In this document: positions 53,933 to 63,002 of the stretch, in pieces
Layout: each line of letters begins with the position of its first letter
How positions within the stretch are numbered: position 1 is the first letter of the stretch
Origin: Candidatus Liptonbacteria bacterium
GTDB lineage: Bacteria; Patescibacteriota; Minisyncoccia; UBA6257; 2-01-FULL-56-20
Direction: 5' to 3'
DNA length: 64,000 nucleotides
Assembly: GCA_016204335.1 (NCBI GenBank)
Contig: JACQKU010000008.1
Coordinates: 10,913 to 74,912 of the forward strand
Made by a program: the position numbers and the translations under genes
The notes under the pieces: model-generated
Databases searched by the model: none
What the model was told of the DNA's origin: nothing
What the model saw: the letters and a program-made list of their open reading frames with translations, nothing else

Positions 53933-55129
53933 ATGAAAATAGGAATTGTAAATTTTGATCTCGGCGCGCCCATGGGGGATACGAGGTGCACCGGCTCTTT
54001 TGCCCGCGCTTTAAAAAAATCGGGTCATGAAGTTATTGTCTATACCACAGATTTCAACCCTGGACTTTTTTACGACTTGTGGAGCGGCATTGAGGTAAAA
54101 GTTTTTCCGCAAAAACCGCCGCTCGAAAAGATTCTTCTCGGCTCGTCAGGGATTTTCGCGAGGGCGTTGAGAAAAGTTCGGACAAACCTCTGGGCCCGGC
54201 GCGCCGCGCGCGATTTCAGCGGCAAAATAGATCCCGATTTAGACATTCTTGATTGCCACAATTGGTACACGTATAAGATTGCTCCGCTTTACCGCAAAAT
54301 AAATTCGCGAGCGCGGATTATTTGGACGATGCACGATCCGCCGTTCAATTACCGCCCTAAAAAAAACCCAATTTTAAACTTACTAGCGCTTATCCAGTTT
54401 TACGTTGAGCCGTTGTACGAGAAACGGTTTTACTCGTGCGTCGATGAAATTATCGTCATGGACGAGAGAAGTCGCAACATTGCCAAAGATTACTCTCCTA
54501 AAGTGCGCCTGCTTTATTTGGGCATTGACTATGACCATTTTTATATGCCGCCCCGCAAGCGCGATCGCAAAAAGCGCCTCCGACTTTTAGGCGTTGGCTC
54601 AATGAGTCCCTACCGCCGCTTCGAAGATATTATCGAAGCAACTCGTCAAATGCGCGAGAACGGATTGGATGCTTTGGCGACTATTGTTTGCCGTGATTTT
54701 TGGGGAGATAAGGCTTATCAAGAAAGCTTTTTATCGGCGATGAAGAATTCCGGAATAGAAAAATTTTTGGATTCGCGTCAAGATGGCGTAAGCGAAGAAG
54801 AGCTCTTAAAAATTTTCCGCGAAAGTGACGTTTACGTGTTCCCGAATCACATCCGCATTTGGGGCATGGCAGCCTTCGAAGCTATGGCTGCCGGTTTGCC
54901 TCTTATTGTTTCAAACATAACCAGCGCCTCCGAAGTTCTTAAGGACGGTGAAAATGCCCTTTTTGTTGACCCGCTAAGGCCTGATCAGATAGCGCAACAG
55001 GCCAAAAAACTTTCCGAGGATGATGGTTTTTATCGAAAGATAGCGGGAAATGGACAAAAGTTTGTCCGCGACAATTTGACTTGGGAAAATTACGCCAAGA
55101 ATTTTTTAAGTGATTCAGCGTCACAATGA
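53933..55129 (+). CDS. GT4-family glycosyltransferase
   Basis: FEAMAAGLPLIVSNITSASEVLKDGENALFVDP. N-terminal half resembles the GT4 at 38381. Confidence 0.8.
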   Translation: MKIGIVNFDLGAPMGDTRCTGSFARALKKSGHEVIVYTTDFNPGLFYDLWSGIEVKVFPQKPPLEKILLGSSGIFARALRKVRTNLWARRAARDFSGKIDPDLDILDCHNWYTYKIAPLYRKINSRARIIWTMHDPPFNYRPKKNPILNLLALIQFYVEPLYEKRFYSCVDEIIVMDERSRNIAKDYSPKVRLLYLGIDYDHFYMPPRKRDRKKRLRLLGVGSMSPYRRFEDIIEATRQMRENGLDALATIVCRDFWGDKAYQESFLSAMKNSGIEKFLDSRQDGVSEEELLKIFRESDVYVFPNHIRIWGMAAFEAMAAGLPLIVSNITSASEVLKDGENALFVDPLRPDQIAQQAKKLSEDDGFYRKIAGNGQKFVRDNLTWENYAKNFLSDSASQ

Positions 55130-55256
55130 ATCCCATTAGAGACAACTTTGCTATGAATTCAAGATTTACAAAATGCAATAAGGTAAGCCAAAAGTCGAAG
55201 CAATGCGGCTTAATCACGGGTATGCTCTTAGGCATACCCTGTCTCTAAACGGGATG
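55130..55256. repeat. Motif C module 3: ATCCCATTAGAGACA - spacer with GGGTATGC..GCATACCC hairpin - TGTCTCTAAACGGGATG (ATG = start of next gene)
   Basis: Begins the nucleotide after the GT4 TGA stop. The right terminus carries the ATG of the CgeB-like gene. Confidence 0.6.
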
Positions 55257-56333
55257 AAGATAATTTACTCCGGTCTTCGAGTGGAAAATTATAATCCGAA
55301 ACGTTCTCCAAGCTTCGAATATACCAACTTTTATTTAACATTGAAATCGCTGTTCAGCGCGGAGGTGATTGAATATCCGTTCGATAATATTCTGAAAGTT
55401 GGCAAGCGGTGGTTTAATAAAAACCTTCTCGATCTCATTCTGCGCGAGAAGCCGGATCTTTTTTTCGCATTCATGTACACAGACGAATTGGACGTTGAAA
55501 CGCTTGATGCGATAAAGCGAAAAACGAAAACCATCGCGTGGTTCGCGGACGACCATTGGAGGATTTGGAATTATTCACGCCATTACGCGCCGCACTTTAC
55601 ATGGGGCGCGACCACCTGGTCCATGGCGCCGGCGATATACGCAAGGTACGGAATTAAAAATATAATCCGTTCGCAGTGGGCGTGCAGTCCGCGAGAGCGG
55701 GAACCCTTCGACTTCGCTCAGGACAAGCTCTTCGACGTGGCTCAGGGTAAGCCGCTTAATAAAGATATAAACGTGAGTTTTGTGGGCCAGCGCACCGAGA
55801 AACGAGCGAATATCATTGAAGAATTGCGCCGGGCCGGAATAAATATTTACGTTCGCGGCTGGGGTTGGCCCGAAGGCAGAGTATCAGAAGAAGAAGCGGT
55901 GAAGATATTTTCGCGAAGTAAAATAAACTTGAATATCAACGATTCGCCGAATTTGTTTAAGCCGAAATATCTGGCGCGGCTGTTTCTGCGGCGGTCAATG
56001 AATCGTTTTGTTCCCAGTTTGAATTTTTTGGACAATTTTCAGTCGTGGAGAGGAATGTCCGTCCCGCAGATTAAGGCAAGACCATTCGAACTTTCCGCCC
56101 GCGGCGCGTTCGTTATTTCCGGCTACGCCGACGATATGGACGCGTATTACGAAGAAAACGAAGAAATGATTTTTTATCGTTCGTCCGCCGAGCTTGCCCA
56201 AAAAATAGCATATTATTTGGAGCGCGGCGATGAGCGGGAAAAAATCGCCGAAGCCGGGTATCAGCGAACCCTGCGCGAACATACGTACAAAAAAAGGTTC
56301 GAAGAGATATTTGAGAAAATCGGTTTACGTTGA
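55254..56333 (+). CDS. CgeB-family (Glyco_trans_1_2 / DUF3880-like) putative glycosyltransferase
   Basis: About 360 aa with FVGQRTEKRANIIEEL...GYADDMDAYYEENEEMIFY pattern typical of CgeB-like proteins. Moderate. Confidence 0.45.
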   Translation: MKIIYSGLRVENYNPKRSPSFEYTNFYLTLKSLFSAEVIEYPFDNILKVGKRWFNKNLLDLILREKPDLFFAFMYTDELDVETLDAIKRKTKTIAWFADDHWRIWNYSRHYAPHFTWGATTWSMAPAIYARYGIKNIIRSQWACSPREREPFDFAQDKLFDVAQGKPLNKDINVSFVGQRTEKRANIIEELRRAGINIYVRGWGWPEGRVSEEEAVKIFSRSKINLNINDSPNLFKPKYLARLFLRRSMNRFVPSLNFLDNFQSWRGMSVPQIKARPFELSARGAFVISGYADDMDAYYEENEEMIFYRSSAELAQKIAYYLERGDEREKIAEAGYQRTLREHTYKKRFEEIFEKIGLR

Positions 56334-56379
56334 AGGGTGTCGAAGCCAGTATCGGCCGTCGGCTTACGTTATTTAGTTC

Positions 56380-56788
56380 ATGGATGAAACAAAAAAACCT
56401 AAAATAAAGTCATTTCGCGATTTAGATGTTTATCGAAATGCTTATGATGCAATGCTGATTGTGGCGCAGAAATTATTACCGCAATTGCCAGCCAGCGAAA
56501 AATTCGATCTTCGAGATCAATTATCGCGCTCCACAAAAGCAGTTCCGCGCCTTATTGCTGAAGGATATGTCAAGAAACACCAGAAATTTGGTTTCAAAAA
56601 AATATCTTGATGATGCGATGGCCGAAGCCAATGAAACTATTGTTGGCGTTGAACAATGCCGCGATATTTACCAAATAAATAAAGAACTTTGCGATGATTT
56701 GGTTGATAGATATGATAAAATTGCTTGCCAGCTTTATCGACTTTCTGAATCATGGGATAATTTCAGCCGTAAGACGAAAAACGAATAA
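56380..56788 (+). pseudogene. Four-helix-bundle protein (TIGR02436, 'S23 ribosomal protein/23S rRNA IVS protein' family) interrupted by a frameshift near an A7 run
   Basis: Frame 1 gives FRDLDVYRNAYDAMLIVAQ...RDQLSRSTKAVPRLIAEGYVKKHQK then stops at 56610. The family continues in another frame (...YLDDAMAEANETIVGVEQCRDIYQ). The frame break maps at about 56575-56600 around CAAAAAAATA. Confidence 0.55.
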
Positions 56789-56817
56789 CGATACGGGCTT
56801 CGCTAACGTACAACCTT

Positions 56818-57792
56818 ATGATAACGGCAAAAGTTTCCATAATTATTCCTTCGTATAACGCGGGGGCATACGTCAAAGAAGCGGTGGATTCGGCGCTTGC
56901 CCAAACCTATCCGCACTGTGAAATAATCGTGGTCGACGACGGGTCAACCGACGATACCCAAGAAATTCTGGCGCCGTATGCGGAAAAAGGAAGCGTGCAG
57001 TATGTCTATCAGGACAATAAAGGCCTGGCGGGCGCCCGGAATACAGCCATAAAAATCGCTCGCGGCGAATATATCGCGTTTCTCGACGCCGACGACGTTT
57101 TTATACCGCAAAAAATGGAACGGCAGGTTCAGTATCTCAAAGACCATGCCGAGTGCGATGTTTCCTATTGCGACCTGTATCATTTTTGGGACGGCCGGCC
57201 CGAGACATTGCTGAAGCTGGATTACCGTTATTATTCCGGAGACGAAGTCTTGCCGAATCTGATAAAACGGGATTTCATAGCGCCGCTCTCGATGCTTGTC
57301 AGAAAATCGGTTTTTGAAAAATTCGGATTGTTCGACGAACATTTCCGCCGTTCGGAGGACCTGGAATTTTTGGTCAGAATTCTCCGCGGCGGCGCGAGAA
57401 TTTGTTTTCTCGATGAAATCCTGGCGAAGCTCCGCCTGCGCCGGACTTCCAACCTCCAGGGTTTTTTGAGCCAGCCGGAAGTCAAGAAAACGGGGCTGGC
57501 TGTTTTTGAAAATCTTTATGACAATATCGGCCCCGAAGAGCGGGAACGGCTGAAGCTTAAAAAATATCTGGCACTGTACCGCCTGAAAGTCGGGCTGGCG
57601 TACTTGGAAAACAATAATAAGATGGAAGCAAAGAAATTTATGTACGATAGTTTTTCAGGTTTTAGGGGCGGGTATGTCTTTGGTCGACTCTTCTGGTTTT
57701 TAATCGTCATCACGCCCGGCAGTTTACTTTCCTCGTTTATTCGGTATTATCACTTAAAGAAGCAGGATTCTAACCTTGAAGAAATAACATGA
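56818..57792 (+). CDS. Family 2 glycosyltransferase
   Basis: VSIIIPSYNAGAYVKEAVDSALAQTY...IIVVDDGSTDDT...FLDADD. Confidence 0.85.
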   Translation: MITAKVSIIIPSYNAGAYVKEAVDSALAQTYPHCEIIVVDDGSTDDTQEILAPYAEKGSVQYVYQDNKGLAGARNTAIKIARGEYIAFLDADDVFIPQKMERQVQYLKDHAECDVSYCDLYHFWDGRPETLLKLDYRYYSGDEVLPNLIKRDFIAPLSMLVRKSVFEKFGLFDEHFRRSEDLEFLVRILRGGARICFLDEILAKLRLRRTSNLQGFLSQPEVKKTGLAVFENLYDNIGPEERERLKLKKYLALYRLKVGLAYLENNNKMEAKKFMYDSFSGFRGGYVFGRLFWFLIVITPGSLLSSFIRYYHLKKQDSNLEEIT

Positions 57793-58883
57793 GAGAGAAA
57801 GTTCTAATCACCGGCGGCGCGGGATTTATCGGTTCTCATACCGCCGACGCTTTGTCAAAACACGGCTATCGGATAAGAATTTTGGACAATCTGCAGCCGC
57901 CCGTTCACAGCGGCAAGTGGCCGGCTTACGTATTGAACAAAGGATTCGAGTTGGTTCGCGGCGACGTTCGCAAAAAAGCGGATTTCCTGAAAGCGTTGCG
58001 GGGGGTTTCCTATGTCTATCATCTTGCGGCGTATCAGGACCAGCGTCCGGATTTCAGCAAGTTTTTCGAAACGAATACCGTCGGCACGGCACTTCTCTAC
58101 GAACTTATTGTCGAAAAAAAACTTCCTATCAAAAAAGTGATTCTCGCGAGTTCGCAGTTCGCGTACGGAGACGGCAAGTATCAGTGCGTTCATAACGCCC
58201 ATCCTTCGCCAATGCTTCGGAGGACAAGAAAGTTTTTTTATCCCGAGCCGAGAACCGAACGACAGTTCAAATCAAAAAAATTCGATATTCTGTGCAGTCA
58301 CGGCAGGATAGCGAAATTTTTTCCGTTCCGCGAGGAACAGCCGCTTGTCCCGACGAACTCCTACGGACTTTCCAAAGAGGCGCTGGAACGCTTGGCCTTC
58401 CGGCTCGGCAAAACCTACGGTATTCCGACAACGGCTCTCCGGTATTCGGTTGTCCAGGGGCCACGGCAGTCGCCGAAGAATCTTTATTCCGGCGCGCTTC
58501 GAATTTTCACGGTTCAGGCGCTTTCCGGAAAACCCATTACCGTATACGAAGACGGTCTGCAGACCCGCGATTTCGTGAACGTGAACGATGTGGTTTCAGC
58601 GAATATTTTAGCGTTAAAGAATCCCAGGACAAACTTTTCCGCCTTCGGCGGAGAAGTTTTTAACGTAGGCGGCGGCAAAGCGTACAGGGTTTTGGATTTT
58701 GCGAAACTCGTCAAGAAAATAACCGGGTCCTCTTCGCCGATTCTCATCGGCGGTTTCCGGAGAACCGACACGCGCCACGCGGTTTCTGACATCGGCAAGC
58801 TCAAAAAACTCGGCTGGCGGCCGCGGTTCGCGCCGGAAAAGTCGGTTCGCGATTATGTCGAGTGGTATCAAGAAAATTTTTGA
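57789..58883 (+). CDS. NAD-dependent epimerase/dehydratase family protein with long internal insertion
   Basis: KVLITGGAGFIGSHTADAL; catalytic YGLSK. About 60-aa insertion between the Rossmann and catalytic blocks. Confidence 0.7.
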   Translation: MREKVLITGGAGFIGSHTADALSKHGYRIRILDNLQPPVHSGKWPAYVLNKGFELVRGDVRKKADFLKALRGVSYVYHLAAYQDQRPDFSKFFETNTVGTALLYELIVEKKLPIKKVILASSQFAYGDGKYQCVHNAHPSPMLRRTRKFFYPEPRTERQFKSKKFDILCSHGRIAKFFPFREEQPLVPTNSYGLSKEALERLAFRLGKTYGIPTTALRYSVVQGPRQSPKNLYSGALRIFTVQALSGKPITVYEDGLQTRDFVNVNDVVSANILALKNPRTNFSAFGGEVFNVGGGKAYRVLDFAKLVKKITGSSSPILIGGFRRTDTRHAVSDIGKLKKLGWRPRFAPEKSVRDYVEWYQENF

Positions 58884-58952
58884 CCGAAGATATGTCGTGC
58901 TTTTATCTGCGCGCTTTTGACATCAAGCCGTTCTTTTTTTATACTGCTTGGT

Positions 58953-59972
58953 ATGATTGTTGTTCGCGCTCCTCTTCGCATCAGCTTTGTCGGCGGCGGC
59001 ACGGACCTACCGGATTTTTACCGGCGTTCGCCCGGCCGCGTGATTTCGACCGCGATCGATAAATTTGTTTATGTAGTCATCAATCGGACGCCGCTCATCG
59101 ACAAAGTGTCGGCGCGGTACTCAATTGCCGAAACAGTCAATCATCCGAGCGAACTCAAGCATACCCGCATTAAGGCCGCGCTTCTTGACCTCGGGATTCA
59201 TAAAAATATCGAAATCGCGTCGTTCGGAACACTGCCTGCGAAAACGGGCCTTGGCTCTTCGTCGTCCTTTTCGGTCGCTCTTATGAGAGGACTTCACGGT
59301 TTTCTCGGCAGGAAAATTGATAAACGGCAAACTGCCGAAGCCGCGAGCCGTCTTGAAATCGAGCTTGTCGGCGAACCGATCGGCAAACAAGACCAGTATG
59401 CGGCATCGTTCGGCGGCTTTAATGTTTTGCAGTTCAACCCAGATGAATCGGTGGACGTTGACCCGGTATTGCTTCACTACAAAACACAGCTCGGCCTTGA
59501 GGACCACTTGCTGCTTTTTTTCACCGGAATTACCCGCAATGCTTCGGAAGTCCTTGCGGAGCAGAAAACGAATATAGGGAAAAAAGTGGACACCCTGAAA
59601 GAAATGGCCGAATCGGTTCATGAATTTAAGGAGAAACTTCTCAACGGGAATTTCAGGGGGATGGCGGAGATGCTTCACGCAAGATGGCTCAAAAAGAAGA
59701 CCCTTGCGTCGAATGTTTCGAATTCGACGATAGACGAATTATATGAAGCCGGCATTTCTTCAGGCGCGTGGGGCGGCAAAGTGCTCGGGGCAGGCGGAGA
59801 CGGCTGTATTATGTTTATAGCGCCGCCCGAAAAAAAGAACGATATCAGGCATGCGCTCAAAAAGATTGTCAGTGAAAAGAAAATCGCCGATTTTCAGGAA
59901 ATACCCGTAAAATTCGTACAAGCGGGCGCGGAAATTCTTTATAACGGCGACTACGTTCATAATTTCGGATAA
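58953..59972 (+). CDS. GHMP-family sugar kinase, D-glycero-D-manno-heptose 7-phosphate kinase (HddA)-like, paralog 1
   Basis: MIVVRAPLRISFVGGGTDLPDFY N-terminus and GHMP ATP-binding loop GTLPAKTGLGSSSSF. Confidence 0.7.
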   Translation: MIVVRAPLRISFVGGGTDLPDFYRRSPGRVISTAIDKFVYVVINRTPLIDKVSARYSIAETVNHPSELKHTRIKAALLDLGIHKNIEIASFGTLPAKTGLGSSSSFSVALMRGLHGFLGRKIDKRQTAEAASRLEIELVGEPIGKQDQYAASFGGFNVLQFNPDESVDVDPVLLHYKTQLGLEDHLLLFFTGITRNASEVLAEQKTNIGKKVDTLKEMAESVHEFKEKLLNGNFRGMAEMLHARWLKKKTLASNVSNSTIDELYEAGISSGAWGGKVLGAGGDGCIMFIAPPEKKNDIRHALKKIVSEKKIADFQEIPVKFVQAGAEILYNGDYVHNFG

Positions 59973-59978
59973 AATCAA

Positions 59979-60581
59979 ATGGAAGAATTCATCAGAAAAT
60001 TCGGAGAACGCGCCGCAGAACTGCTTAAGCGTCTTCCTGCCGGTGAAATCGCGAAGGCGCTGAGTATTTTGCAGGCGACGTACGAACGCGACGGGCGTAT
60101 TTATGTTTTTGGGAACGGCGGTTCGTGGGCGATTGCCGGACACTGGGTGACCGATTTCAATAAAACCGTGTTCAGCGCGCATCTTGACGAACACCACCGG
60201 CGCTTCCGTATCAGCAGAGTGCCCGATACCGCAGAGGAACTTACCGCGTGGGCGAACGATATCGGTTACGACATGATTTTCGCCGGCCCGCTTGCGAACG
60301 TTCTTGAAGATACCGACGTGGTCATCGCAATTTCAAGTTCGGGGAATTCCTCGAACATAATCAAGGCGGTCGAGGTCGCGAAAAAAAAGAACGTGCCGGT
60401 CATAGGGCTTTCCGGTTTCGACGGCGGGAAACTGAACCAGCTCGCGGACGTAAAAATTCTGGTTCCGACATTGAAGGGAGATTACGAACTTGTTGAGAGC
60501 ACTCACGACACAATTATGCATCTGATGACCGTGTATTTCCGCGAATATTTCGCGCACCTCGCCGAGACGAATCAATCATGA
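59979..60581 (+). CDS. gmhA: Phosphoheptose isomerase (sedoheptulose-7-phosphate isomerase), SIS domain
   Basis: GRIYVFGNGGSWAIAGHWVTDF...VVIAISSSGNSSNIIKAVEVAKKKNVPVIGLSGFDGG. Confidence 0.8.
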   Translation: MEEFIRKFGERAAELLKRLPAGEIAKALSILQATYERDGRIYVFGNGGSWAIAGHWVTDFNKTVFSAHLDEHHRRFRISRVPDTAEELTAWANDIGYDMIFAGPLANVLEDTDVVIAISSSGNSSNIIKAVEVAKKKNVPVIGLSGFDGGKLNQLADVKILVPTLKGDYELVESTHDTIMHLMTVYFREYFAHLAETNQS

Positions 60582-61546
60582 TTATCGCCCGTGTTCCTTT
60601 AAGGCTTGAATTTCTTGGTGGAAGCACCGATATCGCCTCATTCTATAAGCGTTATCCAGGCCACATCCTAAATACCACCATTGACAAGTATATTTATGTG
60701 ATTGTGAAATCGGCTCCGGGGCGCGGCGTGACACTGGTGCACGAAAAAACGGAACGAGTTTCGGATCGGGACAAGTTAACACACGCGCGGACTCGAGCGG
60801 TGCTTACGCATTTCGGTTTGAGGAACGGCGTTGAAATTATTTCGTTGTCTGATGTATTTGGCGGTTCTGGGCTCGGCTCGTCGAGTGCTTTTGTTGTCGG
60901 CTTAGTTCAAGCGCTTGCTGTCTATACCGGCAGGCGGATGTCAAAGCGTGCTATCGCCGAACTTGCCGCGCATATCGAAATCAATGTGCTTGGGGAACCT
61001 ATAGGGAAACAAGACCATTATGCCGCGGCATTCGGCGGTTTGACCGTAACGACCTATCAAAAAAACGGGTTTGTTGATGTCCAGCCAATCCGACTCCCGC
61101 CCAAAATTATGGAAGCTCTCCAGAATCACCTGCTGCTGTTTTATTCAGGAGAAAAGCGTTCGGCGTCTAAAATTTTAAGAAGTCAGAGTAAACAGAATAA
61201 AGAAAATTTTTCGTATCTTGTTCAAATGTCTGATATTGTTGAACCGGCGACGAAAGCACTCAAGCGCGGAAACCTCAAGCGTTTTGCGGAGTATCTTTTC
61301 GAAGAGTGGACTATCAAGAAAAATTTGTCTTCCGGTGTTACGACACGAAAGTTGGAAGATATGTATGCGACAGCGGTGCGTGCCGGCGCGTGGGGCGGCA
61401 GAGTGAGCGGCGCAGGCGGCGGCGGATTTATTTTTTTCTTCGCGCCGCCATCGCGGCACGCGGCGATACGGAAAGCGCTCAAAAACTACGAAGAATTTCC
61501 ACTCCGTTTCACCGAAGAAGGGAGTGAGGTACTTTACAGTTCTTGA
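60578..61546 (+). CDS. GHMP-family sugar kinase, HddA-like, paralog 2
   Basis: MIIARVPLRLEFLGGSTDIASFY; SDVFGGSGLGSSSAF. Confidence 0.7.
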   Translation: MIIARVPLRLEFLGGSTDIASFYKRYPGHILNTTIDKYIYVIVKSAPGRGVTLVHEKTERVSDRDKLTHARTRAVLTHFGLRNGVEIISLSDVFGGSGLGSSSAFVVGLVQALAVYTGRRMSKRAIAELAAHIEINVLGEPIGKQDHYAAAFGGLTVTTYQKNGFVDVQPIRLPPKIMEALQNHLLLFYSGEKRSASKILRSQSKQNKENFSYLVQMSDIVEPATKALKRGNLKRFAEYLFEEWTIKKNLSSGVTTRKLEDMYATAVRAGAWGGRVSGAGGGGFIFFFAPPSRHAAIRKALKNYEEFPLRFTEEGSEVLYSS

Positions 61547-62241
61547 AGAAGTTCTGCGAGATTAACACTTTTCCAGTCCAGGAAAACTTTGGAGGCGCCG
61601 GCTTTCCAAAGGGCATCAATCGTTTCAGATCTTTTATAAACCGGCATGCCAATTGCTTTTGACCCGGCGGTGAGCGCCGCTTGTACGCCACGTGGCGAGT
61701 CCTCAAAAACAAGTTGTTCATTTGGAGAAATATTCATCCGCCGTGCGGTTTCGAGAAACACGTCGGGGGCGGGCTTCAAATTTTTCACATGCTCTTCGAG
61801 GGTAATTCGTTCCATGGGGAAGAGTTTCAAAAGCCCTGAATGTTCAAGGAGTTTTGTTGCTTGATTTTTAGGCGTGAGTGATCCGATGGCAATTTCAAGG
61901 CCATGTCGCTGTGCCGTTTCGAGGAAATCTAAAAATCCCGGCCGCGGAGCAATCGTGAGCGAGGCCAGAAATTCCTCATAGTATTCGTCACCCCTTTGGA
62001 GCATCGCTTCGGGAGATAGGCTCTTATTTGAGAGGTCGTACAGTTCTTGCATAAGAACCTTGCCGGGTCCGCCGATGAAATGCGGAATTTTCAGGATCGC
62101 CTCGTCGAGCGTGAGCAACACGCCCGCATCCCGCGCTACGTTCAAATGCGCCTTATGGTGCGCTTCTTCAACGTCAATCACTGTCCCTTCAAGATCGAAT
62201 GCGATTCCTTTTATCATGATATCGTCTATGTTATTATGCAT
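61534..62241 (-). CDS. HAD-superfamily hydrolase, subfamily IA (beta-phosphoglucomutase-like phosphatase)
   Basis: GIAFDLEGTVID (motif I variant) and later HAD motifs. Candidate sugar-phosphate phosphatase of the heptose module. Confidence 0.6.
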   Translation of the reverse strand: MHNNIDDIMIKGIAFDLEGTVIDVEEAHHKAHLNVARDAGVLLTLDEAILKIPHFIGGPGKVLMQELYDLSNKSLSPEAMLQRGDEYYEEFLASLTIAPRPGFLDFLETAQRHGLEIAIGSLTPKNQATKLLEHSGLLKLFPMERITLEEHVKNLKPAPDVFLETARRMNISPNEQLVFEDSPRGVQAALTAGSKAIGMPVYKRSETIDALWKAGASKVFLDWKSVNLAELLQEL

Positions 62242-62266
62242 TTTGACTTTTGTCGAACATACTTTT

Positions 62267-63001
62267 ATGCAAAATCAGCCAATTAAACAGGCAGTGATTC
62301 TTTCGGCGGGGCTCGGCACTCATTTACGGCCTTTGACGGATAACATTCCGAAAGTAATGGTGCCGCTCGGCGGAAAGCCGCTTTTGGAACATCACATCGA
62401 ACAGTTTAAAAAACACGGCGTCACGGATTTTTTTATCAACCTTCACTATCTCCCGGATGCAATTACTAATTACTTCGGTGACGGTTCGCAATGGGGAGTA
62501 AAGATTACCTATACCCTTGAAAAACCGGATATTCGGGGGACAGCCGGCGGGATGAAAAATTTTGAACCGTATCTTCATGAACCATTTTTTGTTATTTATG
62601 GAGATATGTTTAGCATGTTGGATTACACGGCAATGGCAAATGAGTTTATGCGGCATCCGGACAATATTGGCATGATGCTCATCGGTCCGGCAAATCATCT
62701 CCACGATTCCGATCTTGTCGAAGTGGATGACAAGTTTGATTTCGTGAAGCTGTATTTAAAACCGCATAGTATTTTGCCGGCCACGGAAATGACCCTTCTT
62801 GCAACTTATATTTTTACTCCAAAGATTTTGTCTTATATCCCTGTGAATGCGTATTACGAAATAGACCACCAGCTTTTGCCGGATATTCTCGCTCACGGCG
62901 AAAAGTTTTCTGGATACACTTCATCGGATTATATTTTGGATATCGGTACGATGGAACGATATCAGAAAGTTCAGGAGTATTTGAAAAGTTTGAAGAAATA
63001 A
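62267..63001 (+). CDS. Sugar-1-phosphate nucleotidyltransferase (HddC / mannose-1-P guanylyltransferase-like)
   Basis: AVILSAGLGTHLRPLTDNIPKVMVPLGGKPLL N-terminal NTP-transferase signature. About 245 aa. Confidence 0.7.
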   Translation: MQNQPIKQAVILSAGLGTHLRPLTDNIPKVMVPLGGKPLLEHHIEQFKKHGVTDFFINLHYLPDAITNYFGDGSQWGVKITYTLEKPDIRGTAGGMKNFEPYLHEPFFVIYGDMFSMLDYTAMANEFMRHPDNIGMMLIGPANHLHDSDLVEVDDKFDFVKLYLKPHSILPATEMTLLATYIFTPKILSYIPVNAYYEIDHQLLPDILAHGEKFSGYTSSDYILDIGTMERYQKVQEYLKSLKK

Positions 63002-63002
63002 A

